Positions 12,656 to 25,336 are shown, counted from the first letter of the stretch. The stretch is 64,000 nucleotides of DNA from the human T2T-CHM13v2.0 reference genome, Homo sapiens (GCF_009914755.1 NC_060932.1), one strand, 5' to 3'. A program made the numbers and translations. The notes: generated by a model from the letters alone, not told the origin.

Positions 12656-13867
12656 CAGAATTAGACAGCATGGTCCTTGACTTGAAAGAGCCTCAGCTCT
12701 CTGGGGACTCTGCTCCCCATGTCATCGGCGCAGTCGTGAGCCTGGTCATTACTCAATTACTTTACCTGTTGTTGGTTGAGGGATAAATATCAAGAAGGAT
12801 AAATGAATTCCAATACAATTAAATCCTTATGCTAACTTAAAAAAACAACTGCATATCATTCTGTTTACTTACTGGTACTGTCAGGAACTTGATGAATCTT
12901 TAAAAATCAGGTTTAGTAAAATTCAGATTTTAATAAAAATGATGTATTTCTTTAGTCAAGCCAAGGACATATTGCAGAAAAGAGATCCCTGTGTAGCTGG
13001 TGCCTTCTTCTCTACCTTACCTAATCAGTGGTGTGACCCTCCTATCTATATGTTTTAGGCATAGGCAATTATAACTGCCTTTCATTTGATAAATGAATTA
13101 CATAATGAAGATCCCTTTGACAATGAAAGGCTTTAAGCCATAAAAATAATTTCAGTGTTCCATTTGGTTAAACATAAGCATTTCTTAGTCTTTCCAGAGG
13201 AGAGGAAGACTATGTGTACGACTTTTTGGACAATTTAATGTTTAGGGGATATTTATGCAGAAATGTCCTTCAGATTGTTGAACCCATGATGGTACATGAG
13301 TAAAGTCACTTATGATTTCTTTCAGTTAAGGTGAGGATAAAGAACATATAGAAAATATAAAGAACATATAGTAATGGGGAAGAAATGAGCTATACTCACC
13401 CCAGGGGGTGTGCTTTAACTGCAGAATTTTACAAAACAAGAACAAAATAGTATTTTTCTAATTGGGACTTGGGCAGCATTGCAAATAGAGGTGTCAGTAG
13501 TGTGCTTTGACAGTCTTATCTATGATAATTTTAAGTTAGGAAGTTCTTAACCTCAAAAGCCCTTTGTAAGAACAGCGCTAAAGTCCTTGGATTATTGTGG
13601 TATTAGGATTCGTCAGTTCTTGATTCTATGTTCTAGAATCTTCTTCACCTCAATTTCAATCCAATAAAATTTTATAATTGCCTGCCATGAATGAAGCTCT
13701 GTTTGGCACTTTATGTAAATATGTGGGCATAAATATGATGTCTGTCTTAATTGATTTTACCAAGAAGTATGAAAGTTAGATGTGTTCAAAACTAAGCTTC
13801 AAGGCGGAAATACATATCCCAATTAATATACCAAGAAGGTGCTGCGGAGGGAAATTGCAATTCTAGA

Positions 13868-14334
13868 TGTATTAGATTTCTATGGCTGCATAATAGACTA
13901 CCGTAAGCTTAGCAGTGGAAAACAACACACATGTGTCATCTCAGTGTCTGAGAGTCCAGGGTCTGGGAATGGCGTAGCTGGGTCTTCAGCAAGGCTGCCA
14001 TGAAGGTGTCAGCTTGTGAGGCTTGGCTGAGTTGGTGCTGGCTTCCAAGCTCGCCCAGCCAGCTGGTAAGATTTATTTCCTTGTGGCTGTAGGATTCATG
14101 GCAGCTGCTTCAAAGCCAGCAACAGAGCCAGAGCAAGTGGCAGGCAGGTTGGAGTCTCATCACCACATCACCCACTCACGGGAGGGACACCCATGACCTT
14201 GACCGCCCTCTGTTGAGTAGCAGTGTCAGGCCCAGTCTACACGCCAAGGAAGGGGTTCATACACGTTCACACACAGGCTTGAGAACCAGGAGGCGCAGAG
14301 CCCAGGAGGTGCCTATGTTGTGTCTACTGTACCA
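13868..14334 (-). mobile_element. MLT1 (MLT1E-like) MaLR LTR
   Basis: tgtattag...aaaacaacac...caaggctgccatgaaggtgtcagc...gcttccaagctc...ttccttgtggctgtagga...ttcaaagccagcaa. Confidence 0.8.
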
Positions 14335-15305
14335 AGATGAAGAAGTAACATGAACAAAAGTTCTGGACTTTGAGGAGCTTAGAATTCAGTAACTTGCTGA
14401 CATGCACTCACGTAAGGTCTGGAAGTTTTGAGCTTTGTGGTATGTGAATGCTCTTGGGACCTTAACTGATCCCCAGATGTGGCTTCAGGGGTCGCATAAT
14501 TCCTTTCATTCATTCCTGATGGTTTTTCATTAGCTGGTTTGGATGCCTCTGGGGTTTCTTCTTCATCAGCCAATTTGATTGATCAAATCTCATGAGTCCT
14601 GCTACTGAGGCTTTGAACCATCTCTGCACTTAGTTTATAGCCGGGCTGTACTCGTAACCCCTTCCCATCTATTTCCTTGAGATTAAAAGAGTTCCATGAA
14701 TATTTAACTGAGGAAAATTTTCTGAAAACCTACCTGCGTCATAATACTTATTTATCTCTATTTAATAAATATCTACTGATTTTCCCTGTATCAGAAAAAT
14801 ACATGCCACTAGCGTTTTTAAACAGGAAGGTATTTAATAGGAGGATTTAGGAAAAGGTAATATTTTGGGGGTCTATAAAGGAGGAGGGATTTCTTGTGGC
14901 TCAAAGTTAAAGAACTTCATGGGAGAAGTGACACTTGATGTGTGTCTTGAGGAGTAAGGGGAATTTTGTTCAATGAAGAATGGGAAGACCCGCTGCCACC
15001 AGGGCCCATGTGAGCAGGTGCATGGGCCATGGGCATGGAGGGGAGGTAGGAGAGCTTGGTGCCACCTTCATCTGGGCAGAGGAGTATAAGGATAAGAGGC
15101 TGGAAGGGCAGTTGGGGGTCAGGTTGCCATGCAAGCTTCGTGTTTGCAGATGTCACCTGTAATGGGGAGATTCTTAAATGGGACACATAGGCCATCCTAG
15201 GGCTTAGGTATCTTCAGGTCTATCCCTGAAATCACATTCACCTATTACATGCGTATTCTGGGAACAAGTCCACTGCGTTTGTATCAGAAGCTATATGGGG
15301 AATGT

Positions 15306-15500
15306 GGATTTGGAGCCAGCTGGATGTGGACGAGGAATCCTTACGATAGCTCCACGACCTTGGTCAAGCAATGGTCTTCCTGAGCCTTCTCTGTAAAAAT
15401 GAGATAAGAATAGTGCCCAGCTCAGAGAATGCTGTAGGTTTCAATGAGATTATGTATGCCAAGTTCTTATAGTGCCTAACCCACCGTAATTGCTTAATTT
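15306..15500 (+). mobile_element. MIR SINE
   Basis: ggatttggagccag...gaccttggtcaag...ctctgtaaaaatgagataagaatagtgcc...aatgagattatgtatg. Confidence 0.65.
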
Positions 15501-16298
15501 TTAAAAATGTGTGTGCGTGATATTACGAGTTTTAGTCTGTATCCTATAGATGTCTCAGCAGTGCTGATTTCACAACTTCAGAATACAGATACCTTCAAAG
15601 TCGTAGATGTGGGTTTTGAGCCACGTGCCACATTGTGTTCTGTGAGAAACGGGGGATGGTGGAGGTGCCTCCGCCCCTCGCTCCCGGCGAAGGCAGCCTC
15701 TTGGTGGCTTTCCCTGTCATCATGACCTTGATTTGATTCCTAGTCCCTTAGGCGCCCCCAGTGGCTTACAGCTCAATGCTCAGTAAATATTCCAAGTTCC
15801 TGCGCCTCCCCAGCCCTTCTGTCCCCTGGGCACAGGCTGAACACACATCAGCCCCGGCGGAGACAGCCCTGGACTCCCTGATGTCTCCTGTGGGGCTCAG
15901 CCAGCATTAAAGACATGAGCGGAGACCCAGGGTTGACCAGTTTTGAGCCCGTCCTCATTCTCATTGGGGAGCTGTTATTAATAAAATCCATACACAATCA
16001 AGAGTACAGCACCAGTGTTTTTCATGAAATTCAGCTCCCCACACTCCCTAAGGAGGAGCTGACCAGGGAGAGGCAGATGTCCTAGCTCCTTGGAAGCCTT
16101 CCCCGGGGAGTCAGCTGTATGAGATGGGAACAGAGGCGTGGAGGGACGCGGTCCCACCCCACCAGCCTTTGATCTGCAACGTTTGATTTGCGACGTGGCT
16201 CCACCACACTGGGCTTTGATCTGCCCTGGAAGAGACGTTCAAACCACAGCCAGAGGGTCATGTGATGGTGTCAGTTATTGCCGATGAATGAGCATGCA

Positions 16299-17697
16299 CC
16301 AGGGCCGCAAACCATCTGGACATGGTGTAACCTGAACCCAGCGCGCCCTGAACCATCCAGACATGGTGTGACCTGAACCCAGCACCATGAACCATCCGGA
16401 CGTGGTGTGACCTGAACCCAGCACATGAACCATCCGGACATGGTGTGACCTGAACCCAGCACTCTGAACCATCCGGACATGGTGTGACCTGAACCCAGCG
16501 CATGTACCATCCAGACGTGGTGTGACCTGAACCCAGCACGTGAACCATCCGGACATGGTGTGACCTGAACCCAGCCCCCTGAACCATCAGGACATGGTGT
16601 GACCTGAACCCAGCGCCCTGAACCATCCGGACATGGTGTGACCTGAACCCAGCGCCCTGAACCATCCGGACGTGGTGTGACCTGAACCCAGCGCCCTGAA
16701 CCATCTGGACGTGGTGTGACCTGAACCCAGCACCTGAAGCATCCAGACGTGGTGTGACCTGAACCCAGCGCCCTGAACCATCCGGACATGGTGTGACCTG
16801 AACCCAGCACATGAACCATCTGGACATGGTGTGACCTGAACCCAGCACGTGAACCATCCAGACGTGGTGTGACCTGAACCCAGCACCCTGAACCATCCGG
16901 ACATGGTGTGACCTGAACCCAGCACATGAACCATCTGGACATGGTGTGACCTGAACCCAGCACGTGAACCATCCAGACGTGGTGTGACCTGAACCCAGCG
17001 CATGAACCATCCAGACGTGGTGTGACCTGAACCCAGCGCATGAACCATCCAGACGTGGTGTGACCTGAACCCAGCGCCCTGAACCATCTGGACGTGGTGT
17101 GACCTGAATCCAGCCCCCTGAACCATACGGACATGGTGTGACCTGAGCCCAGCACGTGAACCATCTGGACATGGTGTGACCTGAACCCAGCACGTGAAGC
17201 ATCCGGACGTGGTGTGACCTGAACCCAGCGCCCTGAACCATCCGGACGTGGTGTGACCTGAACCCAGCACGTGAACCATCCAGACATGGTGTGACCTGAA
17301 CCCAGCGCCCTGAACCATCTGGACGTGGTGTGACCTGAATCCAGCCCCCTGAACCATACGGACATGGTGTGACCTGAGCCCAGCACGTGAACCATCTGGA
17401 CATGGTGTGACCTGAACCCAGCACGTGAAGCATCCAGACGTGGTGTGACCTGAACCCAGCGCCCTGAACCATCCGGACATGGTGTGACCTGAACCCAGCA
17501 CGTGAACCATCTGGACGTGGTGTGACCTGAACCCAGCACGTGAACCATCCAGACGTGGTGTGACCTGAACCCAGCGCCCTGAACCATCCGGACGTGGTGT
17601 GATCTGAACCCAGCGCCCTGAACCATCCGGACGTGGTGCGACCTGAACCCAGCACGTGAACCATCCAGACGTGGTGTGATCTGAACCCAGCGCCCTG
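16299..17697. repeat. VNTR, 38/39 bp unit, about 36 copies
   Basis: Unit ccctgaaccatccggacatggtgtgacctgaacccagcg, with 38 bp variants (cagcacgtgaacc, cagcacatgaacc). Confidence 0.98.
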
Positions 17698-18614
17698 GAT
17701 CTGTCCCTCTTCGTCCCCTCAATGGCGCCCAGACCTTCCACATTCATAAAAGGCACGTGTCTTTGGGTATCATATGTTTGTTTTGATTTATTGAATATGA
17801 GTTATTTTAAAATAAACTACAAATGTATCATCCTTTGCTCTGCTGAAAAGATGAATCACTTTAGCAGCTGCAGAAGACAGTTCCTTTCAGCCTTGGCACT
17901 CGGCTTTGCTTCGTTATAATTTCCAGTTTTCTATTTGTCTTTGCTTAAAATGCAGAAAGGAACAGCGATGATGCTGATAGAATTTTCATTGAATATTCAG
18001 CTTTCCTTTTGTGAAAATGCTTTTTGTCACCTAACAAGCATTTTGAAAATGTTCATGCCCTTTGGTCTTGTCACTCTAATTCTGGGATACAATCCATAAA
18101 AATAAGTAAATATTCAGAAAAAGCTTCAAGTAAAGCATATTTACTGCTATTTTATTTATAAAAGCAACTTAAGCACTACCACACTTAAAGTATGAGAGTA
18201 AACTACATCGTTCGTGGGATACAATCACACATAGCCCTTCAATGTGTTGTTTTATAACATTTCTGAAAACGTGGAAAATGCTAGAGCGTCCATCTGTAGC
18301 TAAAGTAACGTTCAAAGTGATTGTCATTCACGACGGAGTTCTAGATGCCTATTATCTTCCTGCTTCTTTTATAGAGTCCAAATTTTCTATGACAAGTATG
18401 TGGCCTTCTTGATAATAGGAAAAGTTCTTTCAAAATTACTATTGCCCTGTCCTTAGAGCAGCAGGAAAGTGAGACACCTCAGAGCATTGTGACTGCGCGG
18501 CTGTCTCCTGCAGTAGCTAAGTACAGCAATTTCCAGAACAAAGGGCTCTGTGGTTGCCAGTGGTCATTTAAGGAGTCCACTGCAGGCTTACATTTCCAGG
18601 AGAGATTTTTTGTT

Positions 18615-18705
18615 AATATGCTTTTGAGTAGAGCCTGTGCTGAAGATGATGGAAGGCCTGTCTGGATTCTGCTGTGCAGGTATCTGGTATCCGGGGCTGT
18701 GGAAT
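18615..18705. repeat. Copy 1 of a 91 bp dispersed direct duplication
   Basis: 86/91 identical to 19798-19888. Confidence 0.95.
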
Positions 18706-18980
18706 TGCTTCAGAGGAACCCATTAAAATGATCCCATCAGTAATTGAGGTGCAGCACGGAGAGGAGACAGTGAGAGTGTGCAGGTGTGTGGACCGTCACC
18801 TGGGCTCCAGCGCTAACGTAAAGATGTGAGGATTTGCTGCATGACAAGACCACAGTCCCCACGCAAACCACGAGCTGTCAACTCACCGCTTTCAGTGTTG
18901 CCTGTTTCTCTCAATTCTTTTTATTGCTCTTCTGTCCATCACAACACATTTTTCCTATCTTGTTCATTCGTTGTTTATTC

Positions 18981-19233
18981 TTTATTATTATTGTTATTAT
19001 TATTTTGCTCTGTCACCCAGGTTGGAATGAAGTGGCACCGTCTCAGCTCAGTGCAGCCTCAGCTGCCTGACCCTCCCACCTCAGCCTCCCGAGTAGCTGG
19101 GACCACAGGCAGGTGCCACCACGCCCAGCTAATTTGCGTGTTTATTGAGAGATGAGGTCTCACTGTGTTGCGTAGGCTGGTCTGGAACTTCTGGCCTCCC
19201 ACCTCAAAGTGCTGGGATTACAGGCATGAGCCA
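18981..19233 (-). mobile_element. AluJ SINE (internally deleted)
   Basis: cctcccacctcagcctcccgagtagctgggaccacagg and gaggtctcactgtgttg are J-type. Confidence 0.9.
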
Positions 19234-19797
19234 GAGCTTCTTTTCTCCTCATTCTTGACCTTCTGTGTTCCTTTACTTTGTTTTTGCCTGCCCATCTTTG
19301 CACCAGATTCTTAGGGCTCAAAGCCAGCAAATGCCAGGTTCTTGGCTCCACCTGCATCCCGATTTATTTCCCTTGCTTTTTGGTGTTTTTCCATAATTTA
19401 GCACTATCATGCCCATGCCATTTAACAGGTTATCTGTAGTATAAATTCTGCCATATTTTTTATGTAATTGAATTCCACGTGGCTGGAATGAGGAAACTTG
19501 GCTCTTGCATCGTATTTTTCTGAGTGTTCTGTTGTGTTGGTCACGTTCCCAATGGCTCCCATCGTGGACTGAGAATATAAGTAGATGACTAAACTAGAGG
19601 TCACACATCTCAATATCTACCATATGAATTGTTTGCCATGATTCATTGTTAAAAAATAAAACAGTGCATACATTTATTTTTTTAATAATGTCTTTTGATT
19701 TATTTTTCTCAAAAAGCTCAGTCATACTTCAAAAAAGACACTAACAAATGAAAATAAGACTGTGCGTTTAGATTAGTTTTGGAAGATATTTGAGAAG

Positions 19798-19888
19798 AAT
19801 ATGCTTATGAGTAGAGCCTGTCCTGGAGATGATGGAAGGCCTGTCTGGATTCTGTTGTGCAGGTATCTGGTATCTGGGGCTGTGGAAT
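19798..19888. repeat. Copy 2 of a 91 bp dispersed direct duplication
   Basis: 86/91 identical to 18615-18705. Confidence 0.95.
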
Positions 19889-20052
19889 AATAATAGTCCA
19901 CTGCCCACGTGAACAAGACACACCTGTCTGTGGAAATAATTCTGCTGATTCATACAATAATCACTGCTTTTTCAGAGGGGAAAAAAAGCTTGTTATAGGT
20001 TGCTTTAATGAAGTGATAGGCCATAAATACACCTTAAATACTTCTATTTTTC

Positions 20053-20314
20053 TGGCTCATGCCTGTAATCCCAATACTTTAGTAGGCTGACACAGGAGGA
20101 TTGCTTAAGCCCAGGAGTTCAAGACCAGGCTGGGCAACATAGCTAGACTTCTTCTCTACAAATAATTTAAAAATGAGCTGGGCGTAGTGGCACACACCTG
20201 CAACCCCACCAATCCTTGCAAGGATTACCTGAGCCCAGAAGGTTGAGGCTGCACTGAGCTGTGATTGCACCACTGCCGTCTAGTCTGGGCAACAGAGACC
20301 CTGTCTCAAAGAAA
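20053..20314 (+). mobile_element. AluJ SINE
   Basis: ggaggattgcttaagcccaggagttcaagaccag and gaggctgcactgagctgtgattgcacc are J-type. Confidence 0.9.
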
Positions 20315-20375
20315 CACCCAAAACCTTTCTATTTTTGACTTGTTCACTTCCATTTTTCTTTTATAATTCACCAAC

Positions 20376-20728
20376 TGATATGGTTTGGATCTGTGACTGC
20401 ACCGAAATCTCACCTTGAGTTGTAGTAATCGCTGTGTGTCAAGGGCAGGACCAGGTGGAGATCATTGAATCATGGGGTGGTTTCTGCCATGCTGGTCTAG
20501 TGATAGTGAGTTCTCACAAGATGTGATGGTTTTATAAGGGGCGTCCCCCTTTGCTTGGCACTCATTCTCTCTCCTGCCGCCCTTGTGAAGAGGTGCCTTC
20601 TGCCATGATTGTAAGTTTCCTGAGGCCTCCTCAGCCATGCAGCTCTTTGAGTCAATTAAACTTCTTTACTTTATAAATCACCCAGTTTGGGGCAGTTCTT
20701 TATAGCAGTGTGACAGCCGACTAATATA
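20376..20728 (+). mobile_element. THE1 (THE1D-like) solo LTR
   Basis: Complete LTR from tgatatggtttgg to gactaatata, with ttttataagg TATA-like and attaaa signals; 5 bp TSD ccaac/ccaat. Confidence 0.92.
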
Positions 20729-20779
20729 CCAATGAATACAATGTATATAGAAATCGAAATGCAAAGAGAATGAAGGAAG

Positions 20780-20875
20780 AAGGTGGGTTCAAAGCAAGCT
20801 CTACCAGTTACCATCTGTGGAAGAGCTTTCCCCGTAGACTGTTTTCTTGTTTGTAAAATGAGGACATTGCATAAA
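20780..20875 (+). mobile_element. MIR core fragment
   Basis: gggttcaaagcaagctctaccagttacc...ctgttttcttgtttgtaaaatgagga. Confidence 0.5.
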
Positions 20876-21392
20876 TGGAGGACCGAGGCCTGTGTCTGGG
20901 ATGCGGAGGTGCTTGACAGTGAGAGCTTTCCCCTCTCCATGCCCATACCCTCCTCTGCTGCTGTAATGATCTAGTCTGACCTGAACTGTGTATCCGTGCT
21001 GGGCTGTACAGCATCTCACACTCAGTCCCTATGAGAACAGTAACATATCTCCAAGGCATTAAGCAGAGCAACTGGAGTGTTAATCCACACTTATCTTCAA
21101 AGTGCACCCTCTGTGCTGTACTGAACTACTTCCCCAGTGTCTCTGGATTCAACTCAACTCCTGTGGAAGGATTAGAGTTGTTAGGCCGTATGGGGAAAGT
21201 GACTTGATTTGCACAAGTGCATTCGAGGAGAAAACCAATTCTCAGTAGAATGAGAACGTTAAATACAATGAGGGCTTATGCTTGAACTGGCCATCAGCAA
21301 GTTATTTTAGGCAGTTATAAACCTTAGCAAATTATTTTTAAAAAGAGAAGGTCAGTTTTATAACGTGAACCAGCTGCTTCATTTGTTCAACT

Positions 21393-21481
21393 CAGTGTTG
21401 TGTGTGTACATGGTTCTATTAGGGGAACTGGTTTCGGTTCAGTATGTGTGTGCATGGTTAAGAGGGGAACTAGTTTCGGTT

Positions 21482-21520
<39 letters not shown>

Positions 21521-22048
21521 CGCGTGGTTCTGTTAGGAGGGGAACTAGTTTTGGTTCAGTGTGTGTGTGTGTGTGTGTGTATGTGGTTTTGTTAGGAGGG
21601 GAACTAGTTTTAGTTCAGCGTGTGTGTGTGTGTGTGGTTGTTAGGAGGGGAACTAGTTTCGGTTCAGCGTGTGTGTGTGTGTGTGTGCGTGGTTCTGTTA
21701 GGAGGGGAACTAGTTTTGGTTCAGCGTGTGTGTGTGTATGTGGTTTTGTTAGGAGGGGAACTAGTTTTGGTTCAGCGTGTGTGTGTGTGTGTGGTTGTTA
21801 GGAGGGGAACTAGTTTCGGTTCAGCGTGTGTGTGTGTGTGTGTGTGTGTGGTTCTGTTAGGAGGGGAACTAGTTTTGGTTCAGTGTGTGTGTGTGTGTAT
21901 GTGTGTGTGGTTCTGTTCGGAGGGGAACTAGTTTTGGTTCAGCGTGTGTGTGTATGTGGTTCTGTTAGGGGAACTAGTTTCGGTTGAGTGTGTGTGTGTG
22001 TGTGTGTGTGTGTATGGTTCTGTTAGGAGGGGAACTAGTTTCGGTTCA

Positions 22049-22079
<31 letters not shown>

Positions 22080-22540
22080 TGTGGTTCTGTTAGGGGAACT
22101 AGTTTTGGTTCAGCGTGTGTGTGTGTGTGTGTCTGTGTGTATGTGTGTGTGGTTCTGTTAGGACGGGAACTAGTTTTGGTTCAGCGTGTGTGTGTGTGTG
22201 TGGTTGTTAGGAGGGGAACTTGTTTTGGTTCAGCATGTGTGTGTGTGTGTGTGTGTGGTTTTGTTAGGAGGGGAACTAGTTTTGGTTCAGCGTGTGTGTG
22301 TGTGTGTGTGGTTGTTAGGGGAACTAGTTTCGGTTGAGTGTGTGTGTGTTTGTGTGGTTCTGTTAGGGGGACTAGTTTCGGTTGAGTGTGTGTGTGTGTG
22401 TGTATGGTTCTGTTAGGAGGGGAACTAGTTTCGGTTCAGTGTGTGTGTGTGCGTGTGTGGTTCTGTTAGGAGGGGAACTAGTTTCGGTTGAGTATGTGTG
22501 TGTGTGTGTGTTTCTGTTAGGAGGGGAACTAGTTTCGGTT

Positions 22541-22571
<31 letters not shown>

Positions 22572-23201
22572 GTTAGGAGGGGAACTAGTTTCGTTTCAGT
22601 GTGTGTGTGTGTGGTTGTTAGGAGGGGAACTTGTTTTGGTTCAGCGTGTGTGTGTGTGGTTGTTAGGAGGGGAACTAGTTTCGTTTCAGTGTGTGTGTGT
22701 ATGTAGTTGTTAGGAGGGGAACTTGTTTTGGTTCAGTGCGTGTGTGTGTGTGTGGTTGTTAGGAGGGGAACTTGTTTTGGTTCAGTGTGTGTGTGTGTGT
22801 GTGTGGTTCTGTTAGGAGGGGAACTTGTTTCAGTTCAGTGTGTGTGTGTGTGTGTGTGTGCATGGTTCTGTTAGGGGAACTAGTTTCAGTTGAGTGTGTG
22901 TGTGTGTGTGTGTGGTTAGGAGGGGAACTAGTTTCAGTTGAGTGTGTGTGTGTGTGTGTGTGGTAGGAGGGGAACTAGTTTCATTTCAGTGTGTGTGTGT
23001 ACGTAGTTAGGAGGGGAACTTGTTTCGGTTCAGTGTGTGTGTGTGTGTGTGTGGTTCTGTTAGGGGAACTTGTTTCGTTTCAGTGTGTGTGTGCGTGGTT
23101 GTTAGGAGGGGAACTAGTTTCGGTTCAGTGTGTGTGTGTGTGGTTGTTAGGAGGGGAACTAGTTTCGGTTCAGTGTGTGTGTGTACATGGTTCTGTTAGG
23201 T
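21393..23201. repeat. VNTR with embedded variable (GT)n tract, about 34 units, mean period about 53 bp
   Basis: Constant core ggtt(ct)gttaggaggggaactagttt(c/t)ggttcag followed by (gt)n of variable length; 34 cores counted. Confidence 0.97.
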
Positions 23202-25203
23202 TCTATTACACAGTGTTCATTCCTCCATAGGCTTCAAATGAATTCAGTTGCTCGGCTTGTTTTGTAGAAAATTGTATAAGATTTTTAACATGAAGTTCAG
23301 TACTTAGAAAATGCAAGTCATTTATGCATTAGAGTTACTGAATTTAAGAAAACCTCTAAGGAAAACAAAAATCCCTTTGAATCTGTTTTCTTTTGACATT
23401 GGCAGATAGAGCCGGTATTGCTTCTGTCTGGGAACTGGCAATGCTGATGTACTCCATGAAGGCCCCTGAATTGAGACCCCAGGCTGTTTTTAGCCTGGAG
23501 AAAGCCAATGTCTGCATTTAGCTGTGTTTATGTCCTAGTAACCAGTATTGGGAGTGAAGGATTCATCAAAAACCATTTAAAGATTGGATGAGGTACATGG
23601 ATCAGTAAGTTTGCTATAGGATTGCTAATACATAGAGACAGCTACTTATTTGACCAAATTGGAGGAAATGAAAATTATTACATGTAGAAGACACATTTAA
23701 CAAGTCCTGGTTTTTCAGTGGAGATACAGGGTTGCCACCTCAATTCCACTGTTAGTTCAGAGTGGTTGCTACACACATGCCCTGTCTATTTTGCGGGGTT
23801 CCCTTCTTCTATTTTTAAGCCCCTCTGCACACTGGACAGTATCAGTAAGACTCACGTGCGGGGATAGAGCTGTAAAAGCTCATACCTTGCTCCTTTCGTT
23901 CCTTGTGGATGCCAGCAGCTTTGCCATGTCATTTTCAGTGCAGCCTTGGGAATATCTGTCCCTGGGGGCTGGCCTGGCTAGCGTTCCTACATAGTCCCTG
24001 CTGCCTTTGAGATGGATGGTGAAGCCTCCACTGTGCAGTGTTCTCACAGAAGTACCCCCCCGAGGCTAATGTTGTGAGACTGTGCAACCCCAGGAGAGCC
24101 CGGCCTCCCCCGCGAATGCAGGAATTGCTCTGCTGCGGACCACAGATGAGGAGGAGGAGAACCTGCTCATGATGTCTGAACACAGGATTTCAGCAGTGAT
24201 GGGAATTTAGAGAATCTTTCCTAAGATATTTAAGATGATTTGTAAGTGGTTTTATCCAGTTCAGTATATTCTTGACCATCTATTGATACTCAAGACAGAT
24301 CAAATGGTAGGTCCTGGGGATAAGATATAGGCAGAAAGGAAGGGGTAGCTGCTGAAAAAGGTTCTATGCACCAAGAAGAAAACTAACCACTGTTCAGGGT
24401 CCCTGTTGTGTTATCTCAGTGACGTGATTGGTGTTGGGAATTTATTCCTACCTGGGCTGCAGGTGCTGAGGAGAGAAGAGGCTCTGACTCTATTACATAA
24501 CGTGTGACATGAGTCATCACAGGCCTCTGTAAGCAGATCTAGTCAGCTAGACTCGAACAAAATGAAGACAGGGAGTTAGCAAAGCTGAGAAAGTCGGGAA
24601 AGGAATCACGTCCGTCGCGCTCCTGACGTGGCTACACACGGTGCATCCAATTCCATCGAGTTGTCATTTACAACACACCTGCAGTTTGCATATGATGGTC
24701 CCGCTTTACAAATGGTGCCTACATAGTGACGGCAGGGTTTGAACATCGGGCTGTCTGACCAGCACACCTGCACTCCTGCCATTCCACGAGACTGTTGACC
24801 AGATCTTTAACAGCTTTTAATTCTCATCAGAGGATAAAATCATATAAGGCTCTAAACCCTTTATAATGAAGGGATCAAAGGTTAGTAGTTATAAAAGAGA
24901 CAAGTCACCCGCAGAGACCTTTAGAAACAAGTGCTCCCATGGGGAGACAGCGGAGACACCAGAAAGACCAGAAAGGCAGAGGCCTCCGTGGCAGGACGGT
25001 GGCTGACCTTTAATTTCCTCCCATCCACTTTCCTGTGTTTTCTGGGAGATTTTTTAGACTATGTATACATTTTACATTCCAGACAGTATGTAGTTAAAAT
25101 GCTAAAATGCTGCGTGCACAAAGCTTATGCTCAGGCCTGATAGCTTGGAGCTGTCAACATAAACAATACTGTGTAAGGTGGTGTTTTAAAGAAATGGCAT
25201 TAC

Positions 25204-25336
25204 TTTTTGCTATTGTGGAAAAATAGACATAACATGAAATTTACTACTGAACTATTTTTAGTGTACCGTTCACTGGTGTTAAGGACATTCACAATATTGT
25301 ACAACCACCTCCCCCATCCAGCCACAGAACTTTTTC
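25204..25336 (-). mobile_element. L1MB-type 3' end fragment
   Basis: attgtggaaaaatagacataacatgaaattta...aaggacattcacaatattgtacaaccacc...ccacagaactttttc. Confidence 0.75.

Noticed and set aside
15745-15766. CTCF-like GCCACTGGGGGCGCC on the - strand
   Set aside because: One base short in the core (missing the conserved A before the G run).
16258-17756. Three overlapping long ORFs on the - strand (389-490 aa)
   Set aside because: The VNTR unit lacks TCA, TTA and CTA, so all three reverse frames are open by composition. The products are periodic with no domain.
21393-23201. CRISPR-like layout (constant repeat plus variable spacer) and TTAGGG hexamers
   Set aside because: The spacers are only (GT)n, there are no cas genes, and the DNA is primate. 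TTAGGG occurs singly in a few variants and not as a telomeric array.
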